64,000 nucleotides of DNA, taken from the NCBI GenBank assembly GCA_028534125.1, contig CM052816.1:34908001-34972000 (forward strand), read 5' to 3'. Under the pieces are notes generated by a model, which worked only from the letters and a program-made list of their open reading frames with translations, was not told the DNA's origin and did no database searches. This document shows positions 49,946 to 62,100 of this stretch, one piece after another. The position numbers and the translations under genes are program-made. Origin of the DNA: Lama glama (Eukaryota). Each line of letters opens with the position of its first letter. Position 1 is the first letter of the stretch.

Positions 49946-51954
49946 TTCACTCTAAAGTCTTTCGGATAACACTTTTTCCCCCCTTAGCATAAAGGCTTTT
50001 GCAAACAGGTTTTTGTGCGGTCTTTTGCCTTCATTTCTATTGGGTAAATATCTAGAAGTAGATTTTCTGGGTCATATGATAGGTATATGTTTAAAAGAAG
50101 AGGCCAAAATGGTTTCTGTGCTGTTTTACATCCCTGTGAGTAATGTCCGAGAGCTCCAGTTCAGCGTTCTTGCAGGTGGTGGTCAGTCTTTACAGGTTTA
50201 GCCATTCTGCTGGCTCTGCAGTGGTATCCCACTGAGGTTTTAATTTGTGTTTACTTGATAGCAACATTGAGTATCTTTGTTTGTGCTTCTTGGTTATTTG
50301 TCATTTTTCTTTGGTAAAATGTTGGTTCAGAGACTTTATTTTCACCCAGCCTATCATTTGTTGTTATTTCATTAAGAGTATCTCCTAAAAAGCAAATGTT
50401 TTTAATTTTGAAAAAGTCCAATTCATTTTTTTTATGGTTTGCGCTTTTGTATTGTATTTAAAAATTGTTTGCCTAACTGAAGGTCACAAAGATTTTTCTC
50501 CTGTGTTATCTTTTAGAGATTTTATAATTTTACCTTTTATGTTGAGGTCTATAATCCATTTAGAGTTACTTTTTATATGGTGCGAGGTAATGGCCAAAGT
50601 TCATTTTTTATATAGAGATATTTAATATTCTGGCAGTCTGTTTAAAATCACTTGATTATATAGACGATATATGGATATATTCTGGAATCACAATTTGGCT
50701 TCATTGATCTGTATGTTTATTTTAATGCAAATACAATGCTGTCTGATTACTGTAGCTTTATAGCAAATTAAGTGGTGTAAGTCTTTCTCTTGTTTTTCAA
50801 AATTTTTGGCTTTTACCCATAAATTATGGAATCAACTCAGCAATATCGAAAATTGGCATGATGGAATTCTGATTGGAAATACATCAAATTTACATCAATT
50901 CTTGGGAGAACTTGAGATCATAATATTGTGGGTCTTTTAACCAATGAGCATGATTTCTCTCTCCAATAATTTATGTTAGCAATAATTTGTATTTTTTAGT
51001 GTTCTGTTCTTACATACGTTTTGTTAAATTTATCCCTAATAGTATATATTTTTTGACATTATTTTAAATGGTCTTGTGAAATTGCAGTTTCAGTTTGTTG
51101 CTTAGTATATAGAGCCAGGCTGATTTTGTATATTAACTGTTTATCCTGTGACCTTACTAACCTCACTTACTGAGTTCTGGTAGCGTTTTCTGTTATTCCT
51201 TAGTGTATTTTACATGGAGGGTCATATTGCTGCAGATAAAGATGATTGTACTTTGTTCTTCTCAGATTTTATTTTTTTTTCATTATTGGACTTGCTATAA
51301 CCTCCAGTGCAATGATGGATACAAATGATGAGAGTAGATATCCTTGCCTTGTTCCCAATTTTAGGGCAAGAAAACATTGATTTTTTTTTTAATCACCAAA
51401 TATGATAGCCATGGATCTTTCATAGATGCCCTTTATCAGTTGAGGATATTCCTTTCTATTCCTAGTGTTTTAAGGATTTTTATCGTCAGAAGCTATGGAA
51501 TTTTCTCAAATGTTTTTCTGCATCCAATGAGGTGATCATATGGATGGTCTTTATTGGTCTTTTGACAATGTTGATTATTATTTGTATTATTATTTTGATT
51601 GTTGAACCAACTGTGTGGTCCTGGGATAAAACACATTTGTTTATGCTTTGTTTTCCTTTTTACCTATTGGTGGATTTGATTTCCTAATATTTTGTTAAGA
51701 GTTTTTGTATCCATGTTCCTGAGTACTATGGGTCTGGAGTTTTCTCAAAATATCCTTGTGTGGTTATGGTCTTAGTGTGATGCTGGTCTCATCAAGTGAC
51801 TTGAGAAGTATTTCCTTTTTTCCTCATTCTAGAGGGTGTGTAATATTGTTATTTCAGCCATCAGTATTTGATAGAATTCATCAGTGGAGCCATCTGGTCT
51901 TGCAGTTTTCTTTGTGATAAAGTTTTAAGCTACAAATTCACTTTATTTAATATA

Positions 51955-52198
51955 CAATTGACCTTTGAACAACACGGGTTTGAACTGTGCAGGTCCACTT
52001 ATAGGTGGATGTTTTTCCAACAGTAAATACTTCAGTATCACCGTGGTTGGTGGAATCTGCAGGTGCAGGACCACGGATATGTGTGTACCAGGTGTATGGA
52101 GGAACCTCCCACAGAAGGACAACTACACGTTATATGCAAATTTTTGACCGCACGGAGGGTCAGCATCCTGAACCCCCACGTTGTTCAAGGGTCAACAG
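51955..52198. mobile_element. Tigger2a/MER8-like TcMar MITE
   Basis: TIRs caattgacctttgaacaacacggg ... cccacgttgttcaagggtcaacag; preceded by TA. Confidence 0.9.
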
Positions 52199-55100
52199 TG
52201 TTGCTATTCAGGTTATTGATTTCTTGTTGACTGAGCTTTTGTACTTTGTGTCTTTGGAGGGATCTGTTGATTTTAGTAAGCTGGCAAACTTATTGGCATA
52301 GCTAGTTGTTAATGATACTTCCTTATTTTTCTTTTAATGTGTAGAGTCAGTAGGATTATCCCCCTATTTCATTTTTGATGAATGTCATCTGTACATTCTC
52401 TTTTTTATCCCTTGACCAATCTGATAGACTTTTGTTTTTATTGATCATTTCAAGAAATCAGTATTTCGTTTCTCTCATTTTTCTTTCTTTTTCTGGTTAT
52501 CTATTTCATTATTCCCTATCATCTTCTTATTTTGAATTTAATTTGCTCGTCAAGTTAGTTTACATAATCAATTTGAAACATTTTTTTTCTTTATAAGTAA
52601 AAATATTAGATGGTATAAATTTCCTTCTGGGCAGTTCTTTAGATACATTCCAGAAATTGTATTATTTTTCCCTTTTTCCTTGAGCTTAGAAATGGGAGTT
52701 TCTCAGCATTGCTGTCCCCACCCCAAAGGCAGACCACTTCTACATCCTCTTACTCGGTGAAGGTTCTAGGGCTCAGGGGCTTTCCTGCCTCATGGGCAAG
52801 TGGCTTTGTTTCCTGTGACAGGAATGTGTAACATCTGGGGCACAGGCTGGCTTCTTGCCTGTCCTTTAGCAGCAGCCAGTGGTGACCTTGCACCTCTGCT
52901 GGGCTGAGATTGCACATGGGTTCTCATAGTCCTCTTGTTCCGCTCTCAAATCTTGGCAGTTTCTTCATGCCTCAGTCACCCGGAAGGGTTCTCTCAGGTT
53001 CCCACCCTCATGAGCATGTGGTGGACACACATGGAAAAGAGATGAAAAGTGGGTGCAGATGCCTCTTGTGACTGGGGCTCCAAGATGGTCACCCAGCTCC
53101 ACTTTGCCTTTAATTTGTTTTGATTTCAGTTGTTTTCTACTTAACCACTATCATGGTGGCTGTCCTTTCTTCCTGTGCTTGGCCAAAGGTGAATAATTTG
53201 TGTGCCCGTCTCCTCAAAGGACTTGTCACTCTGAGGTTTACTCTCCTTGGTGACCTTGTGACATCAGCTCTCTGATGGTCTGAAAAAATCATGATACTGT
53301 AGATTATTCAGTTTTTTTTTTCTCGTAGGTTTTAGGGTGGGAGTGACACTTTCCTGTGGCTTTCTACATCCCAAGCAGAAGCAGAAGTGTCCAAAGTTTT
53401 ATTTTTGAGATTCATTCGTGTTGATGCTTGTGAATGTAGCTCATTAACTTTGGGTGCTGTGGAGTATTTCACTATAAAGATATATCACAGTTCATTTTCC
53501 ATGTTCGTATTGGTGAACATTTCAGGATTGTTTTTCTATTACAAGCCATGCTATTAGAAATATTTTTAAAAATGTCTCCCGGAACACCTGCGCAAGGCAC
53601 GCTCTCAGACGTGTCCCAGGGAAGGAAGGGCCGGGTCACTGGGTACGTGCCCTGGCTGTATGAGCATCAGTCTTCACATCCTCACCTGTGCTTGCGATTG
53701 TCCACGTTTGAAATGTTGCCAACCTTGTAGGTATAAAGTGATATGGGAATGCAAATGAAACTACAATTACATGATTACTACTGACTTTTTTTTCTCATGT
53801 TTGTGGGGCATTCCTCTTTCCTCTTTTGTGAAATGGGTTCCATTTTTCTTTTGGGTTACTTGTCCTTCCTTTGTGATTTGTAGGAATCTTTTATATATTG
53901 TTGATTATCAATTTTTTTGTCGTAACATGTAACTATGTTTTATAAATATTGTCTTACAGTTTATAATTTGTCTTTTAATCTTCTATGTCTTTTGATTAAC
54001 TGGTGTTTAATATAAATTTAATTTAGTAATTTTTTCCTTTTGTGACTTGTTTAAGGGGCATTTTTCCTGCTCCAAAGTTGTAACAATAACTCTGATATTC
54101 TCTTCCAAATTTTTTTAATGTTTTGGTTTTGACATTTAAGGTTTTAATCTACTTGTCAGTTTTAAAGTAAAAAAAAAAAAAGTATACATAGGCTGTAACG
54201 TTGGGACTTCACATCATTTCCCCTTGTGGATAACCCAATCTCCCTGCACATTTCAGTGAATGGTCTGTCTTTCCCCCACTTACCTGCAGCACCACCTTCA
54301 CAGTCTATCAAGTGTTTGTAATTGGGTTTATTTTCATTATCTCTGTTCTGGTTAATTTTTCTATTTGTTTCTCTGTGCTAATACCATACTGTAACTTTAT
54401 GATTAGTTTTGTCTAATAGGGCAAAGCTCTATACCTTGTAATCCTTGGTTTTCTTTTTAAGGATCTTTGCTCTTCTTGACCATTTTGTTCTTCATATAAA
54501 TTTAGAATCCTCTTGTTAATTTCTGTGAGGATCTGCATTCAATATTAAACAAGTATTGCATTTTTGTAGTAAATCATTTAGAAAGCTTTGATATTTTTAC
54601 AGTACTGAGTGTCCCTTGACATCAGAAGACATAGCACTTTGTTTATTTAATGGTCTTCTTTGATGTTTTCAAAACTTTTGTTAGTTTACTGCTATGTATT
54701 TTATAGTTTTGTTGCTATTGCTGTGGCATTTAAAATATTATTCTTACTCTTATTTTTTGGCTTGTGAAGAAATGGCGTTGATTTTTTTCATGTTGATCTT
54801 ATATCTAGAAATTTAGTTAGATTCTCTTATTCATTATAAGTATTTGGGTTTAGAATGTAAACTATCATATCATCTCTGGATAAGTTTTATTTTTTTCTTT
54901 CTAATTATAACAGTATATTTCTTTTCTTGACTTTCTGTAGCAGCTAGGACATCCAGTACAAGTTTGTATAGAAAATGGTGCTGGATGTTCCTTGTTTCAT
55001 TTCTGATTTTGAAGGGAATGCTTCTAATGTTTCACCAGTGTTGACTGTAGGCTGCTGTAGATTCCTTTACGATTTTAAATAAGTTAGTTTTCTACCCAGA

Positions 55101-55544
55101 TTACTAGGTTTTTGACTACCGGTAGAATTTTCTCTACTTTTTTTTTTTCCTTTTTTCTCTGTTAATGTGATAGTTTGCATGAAAAAGATTTTATACAGTT
55201 AAGCCTTTCTTTTATTCTTGGAAAAAATCTAATTCAAAATTGATAATTGATATTTTAAATATTTCATTCATGGCTGGATTAAGTTTGCCTTTACTTTGCA
55301 GGAGGTTCATCCATGTTCATGATGCCGATTGGCTTTTAATTTTTTCTGGTACTTTTTTTGCTCATTGTTTTCAGAATTATATTAGTTCTTTATATGCATT
55401 AGAGAGGCTTCTTCTTTTTTTTTTTTTGTCTTCTCTCTGGATGAGTTTGTAAGACGAATATCTGATTCTTGAAAACTTGGTGCATCCCCTCTAAACCCTG
55501 CATTTCTAGGCTTGGTATTGCCTTTGTGAGAAGATTTTACTATT

Positions 55545-56413
55545 CATATATAGATACAGATTTCAATTTTTAACTTTTAAATAATAATAGATATACAGAG
55601 GTTACCAGGAAATATACAGGGAAATCCTGTATGTTTCCCCAGCCTTCCCCACAATTTTGACGTTGGCACAATACTTAGGACTTACTCAGAATTCATCCGT
55701 TATCTGTGCACACATTCACGTGTTTGTGTATGTAGCTCTCTTCCATTTTATCACATGTGTCACCTGTGTAACTACCACTATAATTATGATAGTGAACTGC
55801 ACCGTCTCCACCAGTCTCCCTTATGTTTCTCCTTTGTAGCCACATCCATCTCCTCTCTCTGTTCCTTGCTCCTGGCAATCACTAATCTGTTCTCCATCTA
55901 TGTGCAGTTATGTGGTGAGTGCTACACAAATGAAATCATGCAGTGTGAATTCTTTTGAGACTGGCTCTTTTCACTTAGCATAATTTTCTTGCGGTTCATT
56001 CAGGTTGTGTGTACCAACAGTTCATGCCTTTTTATTGCTGAGTAGTTTTTCGTGGGTTGGGTGTATCCCATAGTTTCCTATTGAAGAACATTTGGGTATT
56101 TTCCAGTTTGGGGCTGTTATGAAAAAAGCTGCTATGGTTAAAAGTTATTTTAAATCCTTCTGTGACCTTGCAGGGTTTAAAGTAAATGGTTTGAAGTATG
56201 TCAGCAAAATACATTATTACATCTCTCTCCTAAACCTAGGAACATCATCCCTGATTTTCTAACAGCCCTGCAGTGAACTGAACCATATTAAAGGATTTCA
56301 TTATTAAATTCCTCCAACTTCATTTAAAATAGTGGAAAAAAACAAACAAAAAGGTGCTAGGAACATGTGTGTAAAAGTTTATGCATAAAGTAAGCTTTCA
56401 GTTCTCTGGGTAA
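55545..56413 (-). mobile_element. L1MB/MC-like 3' end nested in the L1ME
   Basis: 'aatcactaatctgttctccatc...tttcacttagcataattttcttgcggttcattcaggttgt...ttccagtttggggctgttatg'. Confidence 0.75.
56137..56347 (+). pseudogene. Short polyadenylated retrocopy of unknown RNA (3'UTR fragment or orphan transduction)
   Basis: Non-L1 insert with ATTAAA (56303-56308), A-rich tail and 14-bp TSD-like flanks matching at 12 of 14 positions. Confidence 0.6.
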
Positions 56414-56866
56414 AGTTCTGTGGGGAGATTTTAAACTAGTGATTTTAGTTCTTTAATAGTTACTGAACTATTCTGAATGTCTTTTTTCTGGAGTAAGCTT
56501 TGGCACTTTTTTTCTAGGAATTTATTTTGTTTTAAGTTTGTTTTCAAATTTATTATCATATTGTAACAAGTATTATATCATAATAAGTATTCGCTTATTA
56601 CTTTTTCAATCCTGCTGTTGCTGTAATTATTTATCTCTACTTTTTTATTCCTAAGATAGTTTATTCCTTTTTTCTTGGTAAACCTCATTGAAGAACCAAC
56701 TCTTGGCTTAGTTTTTCTATGTAAGCAGTATGTCAAACATATCAATGTAGGGAAATAAATTAAGAAGCATTTTTCTATTTCGTCTTTGATTGTTCCTTTA
56801 AAATTTGTCCAGTTAAAGAAAGTCTTCCACTTCTACTGGATGGAAATTCAGAGACGTCTCATAGCT

Positions 56867-57085
56867 CAGGGTGTCTCACCCATGGCACTGTTGACGTTTG
56901 GGTGAGAGAGTTCTTTGGTGTGAGGGTCTGTCCAGTGCCTATCATGCTGTGTAGGCTGGTGAGTAGCTCCCTGGCCTCTGTCTCCTCATTGCCAGCAGCA
57001 CTTGGCAGCTGTGACAAACCCAGAACATCTACAGACATGTTAATGTCCCTTGGGGGGTAAATTTGCTTCCAGTTGGAAGCCACTG
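56867..57085 (+). mobile_element. MER20 hAT-Charlie MITE, full length
   Basis: 'cagggtgtctcacccatggcactgttgacgtttggg...ccctggcctct...gtgacaaacccagaacatctacagacat...agttggaagccactg'. Confidence 0.88.
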
Positions 57086-58624
57086 CCATGACTTCTATGT
57101 TCCATCTTAGAAAGCGTAAAGTTCTAGATTCACTTCATTTCCAATCTCTTCAGATGTATGCTTAGTTCATGAATTTTCAGCTTTTTTTTTTGATTCTCAG
57201 GAAATTCATTGCCTAATAAGTGAATTTTAGATATTTGGTTTTCTGTTTTTCTCTGCTCTTTATAATTTAATTTTGTTTTTATTTATAATTTTCCTTTTTT
57301 AACTTATGTTTAACCTTGTAGATGACCTCTGATATTCCCATATTAGTACTTGAAGAATATACTTCAATACACACCAATGACTATTTTCCTGGGCATTCTG
57401 CTTTGAGGTAGAAAACTGGGTGTGTCCTGATGGAGGACTGATTTTAATCCATGAGAAAGGGTGGGCATGAAGGAGGAGAGGAGGAAGGTTGGGAGAGAAC
57501 GGTGAGGCCAAGAGAGTGATGGTCTTGTAACTCTGCTGGTCTCCCATGTCTAAGTTTCTCCATGCATCAGAGCTACGCAGAGGAGAGGCTGGATGTCATT
57601 TGATACAAAAAGAAATTTAGGAACCAGTCTGGCTGGGGCAGACAGCTGCCTGTCCCTTTACTTGATTGAGATTAAAAGTAATAGTTCAGCCAGAGCAGAT
57701 GGGATCCCCCTGTCTCTGATCGGTGTTCCCTGGATGGCTAACAGTTCTGGGAGAGCGAAAGCCTGGTTTCCGGGTTTTGGGGCAGCTGCAGCAGGAGCGT
57801 CCGTGTTCTAAGCCCCCAGGACTGTGAGCCTGTTGGGACACCAGTGAGCGAATCCCCCCACTTGCCGCACTCACTGCCTTTCATCCAGCACACGCGTCGT
57901 AAGTGTGCTCCTTGGAGTCCTGCTGTGCTGTGTTACTGTGTCATAATCATTCCTGGACGTTTGGCAGGGGGACAAGAGGAGGACTGCAGGCAGAGGGAGG
58001 CTTCCAGGAGCTGCTTGAAAAATTAACTTGGGGAGAAAACCCAACAGGCTTGCATTATTCGTTGGCTTTTACCCAGGTCTAGAAGGAAGCATTTGGGGTG
58101 TGAGTGTGTTTGCAGGAAAGGGAAATACCCTCCTGAGGCTGGAATAAGACCAAACCCAGTGAGAGGTGGGAGGGGCCAGAAGGGAGTAGCTTCTAAGGCT
58201 GTCAATACCTCAGCTTCCTGTGACATTTATTTTTCTATTAATTCTTGGCATTTATATTGCTGTGATAGATCAATTAGCCTCTCACAATGTTCTAGTCCAT
58301 TGACCTTCTCATTTAACTATCCTATGGTGCCACTGTCACCACAGGGAGACTGCAAAGGAAACATTTATACTTTTGAATTACCTAGGTCCAGAGCTGGGAA
58401 GACATTAAAAGGCTTAGTTTGGATACTCGCACAGCAGATGATTGAACCTTAAGGGAGTGTTCCTCTTTCTCATCACTCTTGAATTCTGACAGCTACACTG
58501 TAAAAGCGAGAGAACAGAACCCATCCTGCATAGCGCTGGTGTTCAGGGATTCTAAAATGAGCCCAAGAAGATTTGGGTGAGCACAGTCTCTGGAAGCTGG
58601 AAGGGGCCTCCCCTTAGAGATCAC

Positions 58625-58990
58625 TGTATCAGTCAGGATCCTTGGCTACAGGCAACAGAACTGCTCTGTGGATGACTTAGTAAAAGGGAATTATCTGGAA
58701 GGCCATCAGGAGGCTCTGAGGTCAATAGGAGGCTAGAGAACAAGGCTTGGGAAATGGAAAGACACCAAGGGCGCTCTGGAGGGCCAGGGCAACTTGACAG
58801 ATGTATTTCCCTAGGAGCAGTGCCCTCCAACTGTCCCTTCCATCCTGTGAGACTCAGTCCTGGGAGAAAAGCTCCAGTTGGGTAAATAACGAAAGATGAC
58901 AGGTCGGTCTTTTGGCTTCCATAGTGAGAGGGCACCATCAGGATCACACCAAATACTGAAGAGGGAATCAGGATGCTTTTAGGAAGGGAG
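58625..58990 (-). mobile_element. Old MLT1 (K/L-like) LTR
   Basis: 'tgtatcagtcaggatccttggctacaggcaacagaa...gacttagtaaaagggaattatctggaagg'. Confidence 0.6.
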
Positions 58991-59034
58991 AGTGGAGGAT
59001 GAAAAGAAAAAAAAGGGTTGTATTAGGTAATTAT

Positions 59035-59165
59035 TTAGTCCAACCTATTTTACAGGTGAAGTAATTGTGGTCTACAAAGTGATGTGACTTGTTCAAGTTT
59101 ACAAACTAGTGAGAGGCCAATCAGGGATGAGATCACAGGGTTCTTGTTTCGACGCCAGATGCCTT
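59035..59165 (-). mobile_element. MIR fragment
   Basis: 'tagtccaacctattttacaggtgaagtaattgtgg...gtgacttgttcaagtttacaaaactagtgag'. Confidence 0.6.
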
Positions 59166-62100
59166 AGGAGGCAGCACCAACTGTCTGATTCAGTTGTTAT
59201 CATGAGTTTTGGCCTAAGTATGTTGGTTAGTCCAGTTGTAGCAGATTTGGGGAGTTTAAAAATATACTTCATTTAGACTCAGCTTTTAACTGAGGGAGCA
59301 ACCATTGATGTTTTCAAAAGAAACTTGCTCTTACCTCCATGTTTCTTTGCAAGCAACATCATCACCATCTGCCTGAAAGAAATCACTGGCTGGAGGGGTA
59401 TGTACGGTGATACTTGAAGTCCAGGGCTTTATGAGAAGTCCAGGGAATTTCAGAGATGCTGTTCATCCATCCTGGGGAACAGGACTTCAGTCCAGTAGTC
59501 TACCTTCCTTGGTGACGGATGCGCCTGGTCCTAATTAACTGAAGTCAGTAAAAGCACAGATTGTCTGGGATGATGGATCAGAAATCAAACCTGCTGGAGA
59601 TGAGGATGCAGGCTCAGACAGACCACTAAGAGCTAGGGTGAAGCGATTCACCCAGGGCCAGAATCCCCCAGCCTTGGTCAGCGGAGTGCTGCAGAAGTGG
59701 GGAGGTGGAAGAAGGCTGTATTGTTCTGCCCGTCCTAAGAAGCTTGGGGGCTGCCCTGCAAACAGAAAATGTGTTTTTGAGAAGGCACTGGTTGGCTCTT
59801 CTAATCCAAGATCAGGGATGGGAAGAGGGCTTGCTTTAACACAGGGGAACCTGTGTAAATAACAGTGTGCCGTTTTAGAAAGGTGATCGATTTGCTGACT
59901 GAAGGGTAAACAGAAGTCCAGCATCTTGGCTCTGTGGTGGGCTCAGCCCCTTGCAGGAGCCAGCAAGGATGCACGTCCGTCACTGCCTCACGGTAGCAGC
60001 TCGCAGCTTCTCTTTCCAGACATCCGCCTCAGCCACCTTTCTCCTCTAAATCCTTTTGTTATGTCTAAACAAATCCTGTTATGAGACAACAGTAACAGAA
60101 ACTCTGGCCAACAGCCAGTTTTCACAGAGAAATGGAACTCGAAGTACACTTCAGTGTTGATTTCGAGACAGAGGAAGCGGTGATTGGACTGTAAGCAACA
60201 CACACCCATTATCATCAGAACTCATAAGCTTAATTACAGGGAAACTGAAAGCTAATAATTTTTTATGCAGTTATATCCCTAGGAGGCCAGTTACCATGGA
60301 AATCTCTCCTTCCTTTTCTTCTGTTTAGAGAATATTTATATGGAAAAGGAAGAGAAATACAAACACAATGGAAAGATTAAACAAGATGAGGCACAGTTTG
60401 CTACAAATATTTTACATTTATTTTAAGAATACAGTAAAAAAAAAAAAGTCCAGCAGACCTAGGAGTGGTAATTGGTCTCTTGGAAAAGAAAAAAAGGCTA
60501 TTCAAAGATGGTCTACGTTTACAAAAATGGTGAAATCGTGTTTTTAAAAAGTAGACAACAATTTTAAAATATCCTACGTTAGCCAAAGTTCAAAGTGTAT
60601 TTCTTCTGAATGTAAAACTAACCAATAAATAAGTGTTAAATACAGATCTGAGTTAAAAATGGTAAAAGACAGACAACTAGCTGCTGATATATTTAGCTCT
60701 CATTCATCTTCAGACTTGTTTACAAAGCCAGATAAACTCACCACAGGCCTTGCTGGTGTGTTTTACACTTGAGCCTTTTATAAGAAGCACCCTATTTCCA
60801 GTGTTTCTTTTATCCACTTCACAAATATGTTATTTTAAAATAACCACAGAAGATTAAAGGTGCTTTAACCTGACAGCACTGGCACTAAAAGGAAACTGTG
60901 CACCACAGGAGCACTTTGCTCAGTTATGCTTGCAGATGGAACATCTGTGCCTGGGGGGCCGAGGGCAGGCCCACTCCACCCCCCCATCGACCCACATTCA
61001 TCTTCTAACAAAGGGAAGCAGAAGCAACCCAGAAAGTCGTATTTCTGCAACCACTTGCTGCGGGCCTGCCCCAGGGGGATGGCGGTGCCTCAGGCCAATG
61101 GGCTGCCCACAGTCACACGGCATGGCCGCCATTTGTGCATTTTATCTTTGCTTTCAGTGTGCTGGGGTTCCTGAAGAAGTCAGGGCTGTTCTTGGGACTT
61201 TGACAACTTGATTTTATTCTCCGGCAGTTACCTGGCTTTTCCTAACCCTATGTGGTCATATGGCTGTGACTTCAGAGAGTTCCAATCCTTTAGGGCACTT
61301 GCCAGACCAAACCAAGAGAAGCACAAAGAAAACTATCACATAAAGTCAGCAGAACTCACCCTCCCCCACTATACTCATGTTGTTTAAGCAGGCCGTCTAA
61401 TTTAATATATTTAACATAAATTAAACATAAACATGTCTATAGACATCTGACTAATAAAGCTGTTTCAGTGAGAAATCTCAATGCTTCATAAAGGAAAATG
61501 ACAAACAGAAAAGGACCATGAGAAGTGTGCTCCTGACCAGCGGTTCATGTTGAGATCCTGATTATGTCCCAGGATGGTGTCGGTAACTGACATACCATAC
61601 AGTGAAGTGTCTGTTGTTCATCAAGTGAAAGAGAGTTTCACATCTTTGACCACTCTGGTCATGAATTTGAAATAACCAAGACACCTCTACGCCTCTACCA
61701 GTTCCCCTTTATCTTTGATTCTGATTTGATGCTCAGAGCCTATAGCTAGGATTAGATGGAGAACCACAGGATCATAAAATATGTAATTATTATAGGGAAT
61801 CAGGTGAACCTTGTGGAACCAATCTCTTTGACACTAAGGCCAAAAATAGTGAATTCCATTCATGCATATTTTCTGTGCACTGCAAGTGTGCAAAGGCTGG
61901 CAACTGAGGAGGAATTATGGCGAACAAGTTCGCTTCTGTGGGGATTGGTCTTCCACTTGCAGCTGAAGCAAAGTAATTAAGCTGGCAGGGGATGGGTCTC
62001 CACAGCATCCTAGAGTCTAAATATAAGAACTGCTGTGCTTTGGGTTTGGAGAAAACATTCACGCTCATGTTGAGCATGGCTCTGGGCACCATGCCCTCTG

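Larger units (their letters stand above)
47875..53390 (-). mobile_element. L1MC/L1M4-like element (3'UTR, partial ORF2, 5' end; internal deletion)
   Basis: 3'UTR at ~47875-48600, ORF2-derived sequence 49990-52680, 5'-end-like tail '...gctttctacatcccaagcagaagcagaagt'; TSD-like aaagtttatt (47865-47874) / aaagttttatt (53393-53403). Confidence 0.65.
47680..56800 (-). mobile_element. Ancient L1ME-like element, host of a nested insertion series
   Basis: T-rich decayed L1 antisense at 47680-47864, 53393-55540 and 56414-56800, collinear across the nested inserts. Confidence 0.6.
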
